This document shows positions 41,361 through 52,691 of a stretch of DNA of 64,000 bases, piece after piece. The stretch is from Chrysomallon squamiferum. Taxonomy: Eukaryota; Animalia; Mollusca. The stretch covers positions 17,980,001 to 18,044,000 of the forward strand of contig CM022679.1 in NCBI GenBank assembly GCA_012295275.1. Direction: 5' to 3'. Positions within the stretch are counted from its first letter, which is position 1, and each line of letters opens with the position of its first letter. The translations under genes and the position numbers were made by a program. Below the pieces are notes generated by a model. It worked only from the letters and a program-made list of their open reading frames with translations, was not told the origin of the DNA and did not search any database.

Positions 41361-43517
41361 TTTATTTCTTTGAAAGTTAAACAAATCCAGTTACCATAGC
41401 AGTAATTCTTTGTTCAAACTGTTTCTCATTATTCTCTTGTATCATATTGGTTGCTAAGTGAAGATACATTAAAAATTGGCAGCCATTATTTTAAGTGAAA
41501 TTTTGTCAGGACCTGATGATAAGTTGGTTTACTCTGTTTCAAATCACTGATAAGCATTTATTTGAAAGCTATAATCATTTCACTGGTTTTTGAATTTCAG
41601 TTTTAAGTCATTCTAATCTAACTCAATTTGTTGTATTGGGATACAAATATGTTCTTCAAACATATTTCACTAAGGCTAGTGAGATGACTAAGGGCAGTGT
41701 CTGTGCTTGTAATTGTCATAATGCTTATTTAATATACTTACATTCATTATCCAGTTAACAGAGTACTAATATTTCTAAGTCAGTATTATTTTTAATATCA
41801 TGTAGCTTTTGCTTAGGTATGTCTGAAGTGCAAATACATTTGTAGATTTATGAATTTAGCCTACATTATTGTTTGCATCAGTAGACTAAGAGTATAAGCA
41901 ATGCTTGCAGGCAGCAGGTAGATCGGTTGCTCTTTTACAAACTGGTAAAATCAATAACCAGTCCAGCGAAAATTACTCCATAACAGAATTATAGCATGAG
42001 CCTTCCAGCAGTTGTTTAATGCTACAACCCCATAAACAACAGAATGAAATACATTAGATGTTGATATGTTTAATGGCTTTTCTTTCTTTTTTCTTTTTTT
42101 AATTTATGTTTGTTTTACAATAGGTAATTATTAGCTAATAGCTGTATTGTAGTTGTAATTGGAAATAATATATTATGTTTATTTGTTTCTTCTGGAAGCA
42201 AAATGTCATTTATTTTTAAGTGTTTATATTATTTATTTATATTAAGTTCATATTAAAATAAATATTAAAGCTATGCAATATTTGGGTATAATGAGTAATT
42301 ATATGCATTTTCTTTTTCTGTAACTAAGGTATATCTAGGTATTTATTTGGGTACACATACACAGATACTGTTATAAGGACAATTCTATCTATCTATCTAT
42401 ATTCCTTCTAGAAGAGAACATTAGTTTATTTGATAAATTTTTTTTTATTATTTTGTCTCTTTTGATTATACAAATAAAGTTTAAACTTAAGAAGAAGCAT
42501 TACATTTAAGGACATTTTGGTATTTTAACCTGCTTAAGTGGGTACTTTGAATTTCTTGGTCAATAAACAAAACAAAAAGCAGCTTTTATGGCAAAAAGGT
42601 TTTGTATTGATTATTCTTGGTTTCATGGCATTGAATTTGATCAGTAAGTTTGGATGTAATTAGTTTTTTATTTTAATTTAGTATATTTTTAATATTTAAA
42701 AATAAATAGAAAGTGGATCAGTGAAATTCTGTTACTGATAAAATCACTCTTTACATCCAGTTCCCTATTGTTTATCATGATTTTTTAAAATCATAATTTA
42801 ATTTTTAGAGTTTATTAATTTAAAATAATTAACAGATGCACACAAATATATTAGCTATATAGTTTTATTATCTGTTCAGTGCTATAATATTATTACTGTT
42901 ACTTCTGCTGCTATTATTTTTATTGTTACTGTCATTGTTATTACTAAGATTGTGTAGTAGTTGTTACAAATTTTTGTTACTTTATTATTATTATTATTGG
43001 CATTTTGAACACTTCGAATCACTTGTTTTGTTTATTTGTAACAATAATAATAAAGCACACAGAGAATTGTTTTACACAACAAACATGTCAGACAAAAAGT
43101 ATCAAAATAAATTCTGAAAATCTGACAAGTTTAGCAAGGATTTACAAATAACAAGGCTGAAAGATGCTGGATGAAAATATGCACAGCAGCAGGGTTTATG
43201 ATAGGGGCCAATATGCACAAAATATTCACTGTTTTGTGTTGTTTATTTAAATATTTGTTGCTTCAATCATATTTGGCATATTGTCTCATTTCTCTTTACA
43301 ACTTCTTCCTAAGGTTTCCGACTTTTCCCTAATGTGTCTAGAAGGATAACTTACTTCTTTCTATTTTTTTAAAGTCTAGCTTGAACCCTGTAAAAGTAAG
43401 TATTACAAATCCCATACTTTGATATTTTGTTGTAACATGTTCTTGTGTCAGTAGTTGTAGTGTAAAATGGATAATAAAATGTTGTTATGACTTGACTGTA
43501 GTGTTTTCTACTTTCAG

Positions 43518-43583
43518 GGTAACGGGTGGTGAACTGTTTGAAGATATTGTTGCTAGGGAATTCTACAGTGAGGCAGATGCCAG
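43518..43583 (+). CDS. CaMKII: CaMKII exon 5 (66 nt): VTGGELFEDIVAREFYSEADA(S)
   Basis: ctttcag acceptor; AG|gtaatg donor; phase 2/2. Confidence 0.97.
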
Positions 43584-43709
43584 GTAATGTAGAGAATGAA
43601 GATTTTTCTCATATAACTATAGTTGTATTAAATTGGTAAAAGTTTCAAAAAAATTAATATCATTGTAGATTATTGGTAAGATTGGTTTTAAGCTGCGTAT
43701 TCACTAAAG

Positions 43710-43710
<1 letters not shown>

Positions 43711-43748
<38 letters not shown>
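43711..43748. repeat. (TG)19 microsatellite
   Basis: Read directly from the sequence. Confidence 0.9.
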
Positions 43749-43749
<1 letters not shown>

Positions 43750-44309
43750 CTCTCTATGTATGTACGTAATAATATGTGTATGTGTAAGTAGTTGAATAAG
43801 TTGTTCTTACTTGTATAAAGATAACCAGTCTTTAATCTATTTCTCATTAAGTGTGATTTCTTTATTAGATGGATGTTTGTGTGCATATATTTAAAATCTT
43901 TTAGTAAGTTTGTAATTTATTTGTTTTTGTTAAAATTAATAAAAGTGATATTCTAACATGAATTTTTTAAAAAGCCATTTTGTGTGTATGTGTGTGTGTG
44001 TGTGTGTTTTTTTATACAAAAAAAAAGATAACTTATGAAACCCCACCTAATTCATATTCTTATCAGTAAGATGGTATTACTATAATTTCAAGCATTTTAT
44101 TCACACTCTACACTTAAAATCTCTGCGTGGCAGAAGGTATTATTTTTGACAATGTAAATAATTCAGAAAAATTATGAATTCATTTTCCATATATGTAATA
44201 TAGAAACAGCCTTTAATTATGGTCATCCAGTAACAAAGATCATCCTGCTGTTAAGACATAATTTATCAAATCCTTCATCTGGATCTTAAAAACAAAATTT
44301 CACAGCATA

Positions 44310-44521
44310 CAGTGGAACCTCAGGTTACAAATTTAATTTGTCCCAGAACTGGGATTATATCTTTAATAGATGTTGACATCAAAACCAACGTCAAACAAAA
44401 GCTTGTCATGGTGCGTCGCTGTAGTTCGTAACTCAGGACATTATTTGTAAACTGCCCAAGATCACAGTTCATAATTTGATTTGGTCATGCTTCAAGGCAT
44501 TCGTTACCCGAGGTTCCACTG
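44310..44521. mobile_element. Tigger-type MITE
   Basis: TA|CAGTGGAACCTC ... GAGGTTCCACTG|TA. Confidence 0.85.
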
Positions 44522-47173
44522 TATTTATTTTTGTGATGGTGCATGTTAGCTTAGTGTGTGCATTAACTTTTTTGTTTTTTAATTTATTGTTACTGCTGTT
44601 TATAATCTGAATTAAATAATTTTGGGTAATTCCATGCATAACTGTGTTATGTAATATACAGTTAAGTAGATAATTTAATTGCAGAATTTTGAAAAACAAT
44701 TTGACCAGAGTATCTTATGATTTTAGATTTGTAACTAATAATTCATAGTGAAAGATTTATACATGTATTCTATTCAGTATAATTATTATGTCAACAAGTT
44801 CAATATACTGAAATTATGATTTTTAAAATACATTTTTGTCTTTGGATTGAATGTTACCCACCTGTGATAAAGGTATAAACTATATAAAATTAAAAAAATA
44901 ATAAATAAATTAATAATAATAATAATATTTACTTGCTTAAAAATATGAACAGTAATATTTTATTTCTAAATGAATATAAATCAGCATTCTAAAGTAGGGC
45001 AGACTCATTTTTTCACTTTTCTTTTGTTATTTCTAATGCAACAGTTCATTCATCATATTCTGTGAAATTTAAGTAACACTATTTTCTCTGAAATAAGATT
45101 GTAACAGTATTATGTTCTAAAATAATTTAAGTACAAAAATAATTTATTCTGTCACAGAATGACTTACCTTACACTTCCCAGAAATTTTGAAATTTAAATC
45201 CTTAAAGGATTTGTCTTGATGATGATGATAACAAGAACAACAACAATAATAAAGCTTTCAACTGCCTAAAGATTCACGAGCAGTCATAGGCCTTTGTGTG
45301 TAGTTTGATATTTAAATTTTTTATGATTTAAGTTAGTGATTTATTCTGATGTTTGATGTCTTCAAGAACCCAGCATCAGGTTCACAGAGCTTGATATTGA
45401 AAGTAAAACATATTTTTAGTCCTCATCTTCTAGGCAGATGTGTTTTGGCATTTGCTTTTTGATACCATATTTGCAGAAATCAAAATATGAAAATTTGTGT
45501 ATTTCATTTCTGTTATGCTCCACTTCCATTAATAACATTTTCTGCCACCTGATCCAGATTTTTTGTGTTTATAATTTCTAACATACTGATAATTCAGTGT
45601 AAATTGTGGAACAATCAACCTGACATTGGCATCAATTCATTTAGTGTTATACTTTAGCAGATACTTTTTATAGTCGTTCAAACTGTTCAGTTTTTAATAT
45701 GGTATGGTCATATTACCAATTGACATTCAGTGGATAGTTTGAATTTTCAAGAACTTTATTATTTTACTTCTGTAAAAAACAAAAAATAAAAATAAAAAAC
45801 CAAGAACAAATTAAACTTTTTTTATAATAATTGTCTTTTTCCTGACTGGTCTTTAATTAAGAAGATATGCAGGGAATATTTGAACATATGTTGTTTTTCA
45901 GTAAACAAATATGTTCGTTCTCAATAATAAAAATGAAGGCTTAATGATATATGATGAAAGTAAGTAAAATGTTGCATACCATAAAGAGCACTGAGCAATG
46001 TTTTTCAATTCATGCTTTATTCAACTTACTGTTTATTTTTAATGTAAATATCAAATGTATTTAGAGAAATATTTAAATTTATCAGCTGATGAACAGATAA
46101 TTTGTTTTTAAGAAATTAAGTATCAGTTATGCATTGAATTGGACCAGGCCAGGTTTTTTTTTGTTTGCTTCTGATGAACTCATCATGTGCATGTAACAAT
46201 CAAGAAATTAATTTTCTCTCATATGTAAAAGGTTATGATTTAAGATTTGTTTGCATCTTAATATTGCTTAGATAAATAACACGCATAAGGAAGAAATAAA
46301 AATAACGGATTAAAAAATAAATAACTAAATAAATGATATTTTTGCAGTTTTGCGATGTATGTTTTCAGTTTGTTTTTGCCAGTTTTTCTAAATTACTCAA
46401 ATTATCTGTTTAAAAAGTTTGAAAAAATAAAAAATTAACATTAGATAGTTACGTAGACATCCCAATGAAAGTAATGCAAAGTAAAGAGGATTTCATCATC
46501 TATCATTATTTTAATCATACTGATTGGTAAAAAACCCACACCCACCTTTATAAATTATTTATCTAAACTATATCTACATTATACCAACATTATCTTTAAT
46601 TATTAACATGTTAGTAGATATAAATGGATTTAACTGCATGTTTAATATTTCAAACTGGTTTCATTATGTCAGTGTTAGTTTTATGGTTAACTATTAAAGT
46701 CAAATCAGTTGTACTTATTAATAAAAGTGCTGAATAATAATAATATTAATTTATTGTTAATTTTGAAGTTGAAAACAAAACTGTAATGTTATTATAAGAA
46801 ACATATAATAATTTACTGATTGTTCTTAATTTTATTTACTGCATGTGTCCCTTGTTTTATTATTTTAAAAATATATAATAACAATAATAATAAGATATAA
46901 AACATAATTTAAAATAATTAGAGTTTTTGTTTCTATTTTTCTGTTATACTGCTTTTGAAATAAATTTGTTTTAAAATCTAAACTTTTATTTAGCTGTTAT
47001 GGTTTTGAAAATATATCTATGTTTTAAAAAGTAATTCATATATTTTTAGTTGTTTTAAAAACTAGTACTTGTATTTGTTCTTGTTTAGCACACACCTGTA
47101 ATAGCAAAATACTAATCAAGCAAACAATATTATTTTGGTAAGAGCATTTTTAATGCAGCTTTCCCAATTTCAG

Positions 47174-47246
47174 TCACTGTATACAACAGATCTTAGAGGG
47201 TGTGAACCACTGTCATCAAAACAATGTAATACACCGGGATTTGAAG
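47174..47246 (+). CDS. CaMKII: CaMKII alternative exon 6a (73 nt): (S)[24 protein letters not shown]
   Basis: tttcag acceptor; AAG|gtaact donor; same length and phase (2/0) as 6b; HRDLK intact; not represented in the supplied ORF track. Confidence 0.9.
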
Positions 47247-47487
47247 GTAACTCCATGTTCAGCATGGAAAATCATGCTTGGATAAATCTGACTGTAGCAT
47301 TTATGACAAGACACTTGACATAACCTTTAACACAGCTGACCAGATATTTAGTTTGAAAAACAATATTCCTAAAAAGTATGGTTGAGATCTGTATTTTCAA
47401 AAATGTGGTTGATAACTTAAACCTTTTTTCAACATATTTAAAAACAAGCAAGATATATATGTATATTTTGTTTGTTTATATATATAG

Positions 47488-47518
<31 letters not shown>

Positions 47519-48425
47519 GATAGATTAAATTAATCATCAAAACTTTTTCTCTATTTCTAATCGTGTTTATTTTCACATTTTGTGTCTGGTGTCTTTTATT
47601 ATCTTTCTTTGGTGTCAAATTTTTCCATTTATTTTTATTTTATATTTTTATTTTAAAAGAAATGAAGTGTCAGTCAAATCTATTAAATGACATATTTCTT
47701 AATGATTCTAATCATTAGATCAAAACAAATTTATGAAACATTTTCTAGCTGTAATATCGGTACTCTAGTATATCTTATCTTTGGATATAGTTAATTTAAA
47801 AAAAAATGTTCTTACTTCTGGAATTTACAGTTAATATTTTTAGATAAAATATTTTTTTCTTTGTTCAAGCAAAATTCAGACTCCTCTTTTTAAAATGTTA
47901 TTACATGACTTGAAACCATAGCCATAAATATTTATACTTACTTCTGGTTTTATTCTAAATATTTTTAAATAGGTCAGACAAAAGGAAAATGTATCTAAAA
48001 TTCCTATCATTATTTCCTCATGAAATTCTGTTTCTATGATCATTTATTGATTTTGGTGTTTAAAGGCTGTGAATGCGAACTATTTTAATCAGTAGTATAG
48101 ATTTTTGATATTCACTAAAAATATTAAAATAATACATTTAATAATCATAATAATTTTCAAAATAAAATAAACAAATCTTTGGTTGGAAGGGTTTAAACAT
48201 TTTAAAATAAATATTAAAGACCAATATATTATTTTTGTACAATAATCAAATGATGACTAATTTATTCAATACTGTAGTGTTAAGATTTTAATGTTAGATT
48301 GAACAAATAAGTAAATAGAATTAGTTCCAGTAAAAAAAGATACATCTAAAGAAGCTTGTGTTAGGGAGATTTGTCAAGTGTTTTGCTGAGTGTTTTGCAA
48401 TGGAACCAACGTAGGTTCAGTTACT
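47247..48425 (+). promoter_or_regulatory. Predicted long-range pre-mRNA duplex between exons 6a and 6b (arms ~47293-47337 and ~48353-48399, plus donor GUAACU 47247-52 with AGUUAC 48419-24)
   Basis: Base pairing read by hand: 14-bp helix 47307-20/48372-85 (one G-U); 13-bp helix 47325-37/48353-66 (one bulge); 8-bp helix 47296-303/48387-94 (G-U rich). All are nested in the correct antiparallel order. Confidence 0.7.
47485..47525. repeat. (TAGA)n microsatellite
   Basis: Read directly from the sequence. Confidence 0.9.
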
Positions 48426-48472
48426 GTAGTGTGGATGCTTTTGCTCATGTGTTGTTCACTGTTATCTTTCAG

Positions 48473-48545
48473 TCACTGCATGCAGCAAATATTAGAGAGT
48501 GTTAATTATTGTCATCAACATGGTATAGTACACAGAGATCTCAAG
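48473..48545 (+). CDS. CaMKII: CaMKII alternative exon 6b (73 nt): (S)[24 protein letters not shown]
   Basis: ctttcag acceptor, putative branch point CTCAT (A48447), AAG|gtaagt donor; visible within ORF 48390..48707. Confidence 0.95.
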
Positions 48546-48562
48546 GTAAGTCGTTTACATGT

Positions 48563-48706
48563 TGTCCAGGTCCACATGCATTCAGCGAGTTCTTGCTTTT
48601 TGGGATACATACAGGTGTGTGTGTTGATAGATCATATGATAAACAAATTTATCTCAGTGTTAGGAAAGAAGAAACAGACTTCATTAAAAAAAAGTGTAAA
48701 AGTGTA

Positions 48707-48753
<47 letters not shown>

Positions 48754-48845
48754 TATTACTTAATTTTAAATTGTTGAGGAGGATAAAAATTGTTTTGGTA
48801 GGAATTGCAACAGGAGATAATGAACTCGCTGTGTGTTGCTGGATA
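48563..48845 (+). promoter_or_regulatory. Predicted intronic stem downstream of exon 6b
   Basis: CAGCGAGTTC (48583-92) is the exact reverse complement of GAACTCGCTG (48822-31); outer helix TGTCCAG (48563-69) with CTGGATA (48839-45). Confidence 0.6.
48711..48752. repeat. (TG)21 microsatellite
   Basis: Read directly from the sequence. Confidence 0.9.
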
Positions 48846-51800
48846 TCTGGCTCTAGCCACTTTGTACATTATAGTTAATTTGTCTAAACAAACTTATAAT
48901 GTTCTTAAAATACATGCAGTTGTTGCCTGCTATACCTGACATCTGCAGCTCGGTAGATATTGTTTTGTTATCATTGTTATGATAAATAACTACTTTTAAT
49001 TAACAATTTAAATCACATTATTGACATCAATTTTTTTTTTTTTTTCAAAGCTATAGTGCCATATTCAGTAATGTGTACTGCAGGATTATATTTTTTTTTC
49101 ATCCAGTTTTGAATATTTTATATAATAAATATATAGAATGAAAATTCAACATTATGTATTAATTTATAAACTTGTATTTTTCAGATTTTAATTGTTCTAA
49201 CAGATGTTAGTGTAATACAAATGTCTGTAGCTTGCTTTATGTACTACAGAGCACAATTAACAAAGTTTTGTGAAAGTAGCATATATATGTAACTAACAGA
49301 TTACTATTAATAGGTCAACTATCTGGTAAAATACCAAAATACCGTTAAGACTTACGCTGTTAATATTCACGAAACCTTCTTGTTTGTTGATAGCAACATT
49401 TTTATTTTAACAACAGAGATGATGCTGAGATAACTGAAATGATGAATGAAATATTAGATAAAGATCAGGCACAAAAATGGAGATAAGAGACCACATAATT
49501 ACATAAAAAACCTAGCTAATACACAGTTAATGTCAGATACTGTATACATGATGCACTTGCATTCTTAAAACAAACAAAAAAGACAAAAAACTCAATTTTT
49601 TTATGCCTTTAATTTCAGTGAAATAATTGATACTTTTTTCTTTCTATAAATGTAAGCAGTTATGTATATATTATTTATTTTTCTATACTGGAAAAATAGA
49701 ATTTTAATAAATAATTGAAAAATAATTAGAATTTCAAGTTCATCTCATTTTATATTAAGTTCTAATGTTATTAAAAAAAAATCTTACAATGTAAATATTA
49801 AAAAGTTAAGTATACAAAGAACAGAAGTATGCATACAGTATAAAAAAAAAAAAAAAAATAAAAATTCACCAAATTTTTTTTTTTTTAATCAAGAAGTAAT
49901 ATGTTTGTGGTCTCTTTGGTTAATTGAATCCTATGAATCCAATAAAAATGTATATTTATTTTTTATTAATTGTGTTTACTTAATGGATACAGATGTATAA
50001 TAATAAAGTTTGATTTTATTCTTTCTTTTCTTTGAACAGTACAAAATGTAAAGGTCATATGTTCATTTCTCAAACAAAAGTATTTCGCCAGTTGCTGTTT
50101 TTTACACAGTCAGTTCTTGTATTGATATTTCTCCGACAGTAAACATTTAGAAATATTCTCTCCATAGTAACTATCACTTTCATTATCAAAATATTGTTAC
50201 CTAATTCCTGATATAAATTTAGTTACTAAACTGATGTATAAAACAATGTTTAGTCACACAATTATAACAGATCATTTCTTTCAAACTTGGCATTTTATAA
50301 AATGTTAAGGTATAAGGTCATAAGGCCAGATGTTTTGAAAAAGTGTTTTTTAAATATATATGCATTTGACACAATATTTAAATTAATTGACAATATAAAA
50401 ATTGTGTGTTTTTATCTTGAACTATTAGGATATGATAAAAATGCTCTAAAATAATAAGATTAGAAATCCAATCCGTTTAAGTTTTAGACATATTGTTTGG
50501 TTTTAGATTGTATGTCATTAAAATATTCTACCATTTTTCTAACAATAAGACATGTTTTTTAATATCTGATGACTTATGAATTCTTCTGACTTGTTCATTT
50601 GTAAACCAGTTCTGTGTATGATTATGTCAAGTGTTCTTGTAAAGACTTCTAAGTGGTGTTGTACAGTTGTTGCAGATCAAGTGGATTTCTCCTTACTAAC
50701 ATAAGTGATTAGAGACAACAACACAACATTTGATAATTACAGGCCTGAAAAGGCATACATGTATCGACTGACAAAATAGTACATAACAAAAAGTTTTTAA
50801 TGTTAATTTTCCCTTAACAGCAATAAAATAGATTAATGAAGTTTTTATATTATATAAATGGTATTTAAATTTTGCAAATGAGTAAAAACTTGTCATTTGT
50901 TTTCCAGAAGAATCAAATGTTTCAATGTTTTTCATGTTTGTGGTTTTTTTGTTTTTTTTGGTTTGTTTTTTGAAGTGTACTAATTGTAGTTATAAAGTAT
51001 TTAAAAAAAAAAAATTAAGTAAGAAAAGAAAAAGTAAAAGAAATATCAAAATATTTTTTTATTTTTATTATATATTTTCCATGTTTTTTTGTAACTAAGA
51101 AGTATGATAATGGTTAATTTGATTTTGATAAGGTGAGAAACTAATAAAGTCAGGAAACGGTGGAAAACATGTTACATTCAGGAAATTAATTAAGTGAATT
51201 TTAAACAAAAGCAAAAGCAGATGTTTTTAAAGGTCAGAAGACAGAAGTTTGTAAAAGCAAAAGATTAAAATGATTTTAAATTTTATACTTCCTGTTAAGA
51301 AATACACAGTTCATGTAAGTCTGTATATATACACACACATACATACACACACAAAAATGAAGAGACAGATTCAGAAGCAGTTAATGTAGCATCAAGTAAT
51401 GTAAACATACAAGTAAATTCTAAAAGATTTATTTAGAATTTAATTAAATGAATTATACATTTATAAGACTACACATATATATATAATTTTATCAACACAT
51501 TTGTGATTTAACAAAGGACAAAAGACATTTACATTTTTATAGTTGAATGCAATTAAGTTTTTTAATATTAACTATTTGAAATAATTGTATACAGTAGTTC
51601 TTCAGGTTTTGTTTAATTTTTTCTGTTGTTTGTTCTTAAAACTGGTTTATTCTGTCAAGGTGACTGTTGCTATGTTGGTGGTCTCTTGTTTTACTAAAAA
51701 GGAATCTTTTGAGACAAGTAAAGTTTGACTGATATTTTCAATCTTTAAATGTTTATTCAGGTTAAAACATCTTTGTCTTTTTTTCTATTTTATTTGGTGA

Positions 51801-52588
51801 AAACATCTTTTGGGAATTTATTTACTGTTTGTTTTCTATTTTAATATCTCTATGATGATGGATATTTTATTTTATCAGTTTCTATAATGAGTACAAAAAT
51901 TAAATATTCCTGCTAAATGCTTTAAAACAGATTGGTGCTATTTTCATACACTGATACTTACTTCTTCTGTATTCTTTTTTCACAGAATGTGCAAGATTCT
52001 GAATTGCTTAATGTAATGTTAAATGTATGGAACAAGTCAAAAGAACTGACTACATGAGTTGATAATTTTGTTTTAAATCTTAAATGCCATGAAATGGATT
52101 AAAAGTCATAACTATCAAACAGAATAATTTTTTGCACTCTTTTTGGTAGCAGATATATTTTTTAAAATTGGTCTTAAATATGTAATTTTAAGAAACTATA
52201 TATATTTTTAAACATTAATTTAGAAAATTAGTTTTGCTTACAATTTTTAATTGAAATATGAATATATGAACACATTATTGCAAATTATTATCAATTTATC
52301 AACAGCTACAAATTAATTTAACAAATTCAGATAATTTTCCAATAAAATTGTTTTGTTCAAATGACAGTAAAATTAGGTAAAATGCTAAAAATGAGAGATT
52401 TTAATCTATGTTTTGAAAAATATAATTTTCAAAGGATTTGTTACTGTTTACATTTATGTTTATTATGCTATTATTCTGAACCAATTCTGCCAAACTTTTG
52501 TATAACCTGTCTAATTTTTATTTACTTTTTTTCTCTCTTTTTTTTTTTTTTTTTTTTTTTTTGTATTTTCCTGTGTTTAATGCTTTAG

Positions 52589-52691
52589 CCTGAGAACCTG
52601 ATTTTGGCGAATAAAGTTGGAAGTCCTGCAGTCAAACTAGCTGATTTTGACTTAGACTGTGAGGTGCATAGATACAAATATTTTAAAGCAG
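52589..52691 (+). CDS. CaMKII: Putative CaMKII alternative exon 7a (103 nt): PENLILANKVGSPAVKLADFDLDCEVHRYKYFKA(G); DFD variant with GC donor
   Basis: Long poly-T tract + tttag acceptor; open frame; 17/34 aa identical to exon 7b; the equivalent end point falls on CAG|gccatg. Could be a decayed exon. Confidence 0.65.

Noticed and set aside
52663-52669. Alternative GT donor GAG|gtgcat inside exon 7a
   Set aside because: Phase 0, incompatible with phase-1 exon 8; would frameshift. Possible only as an NMD route.
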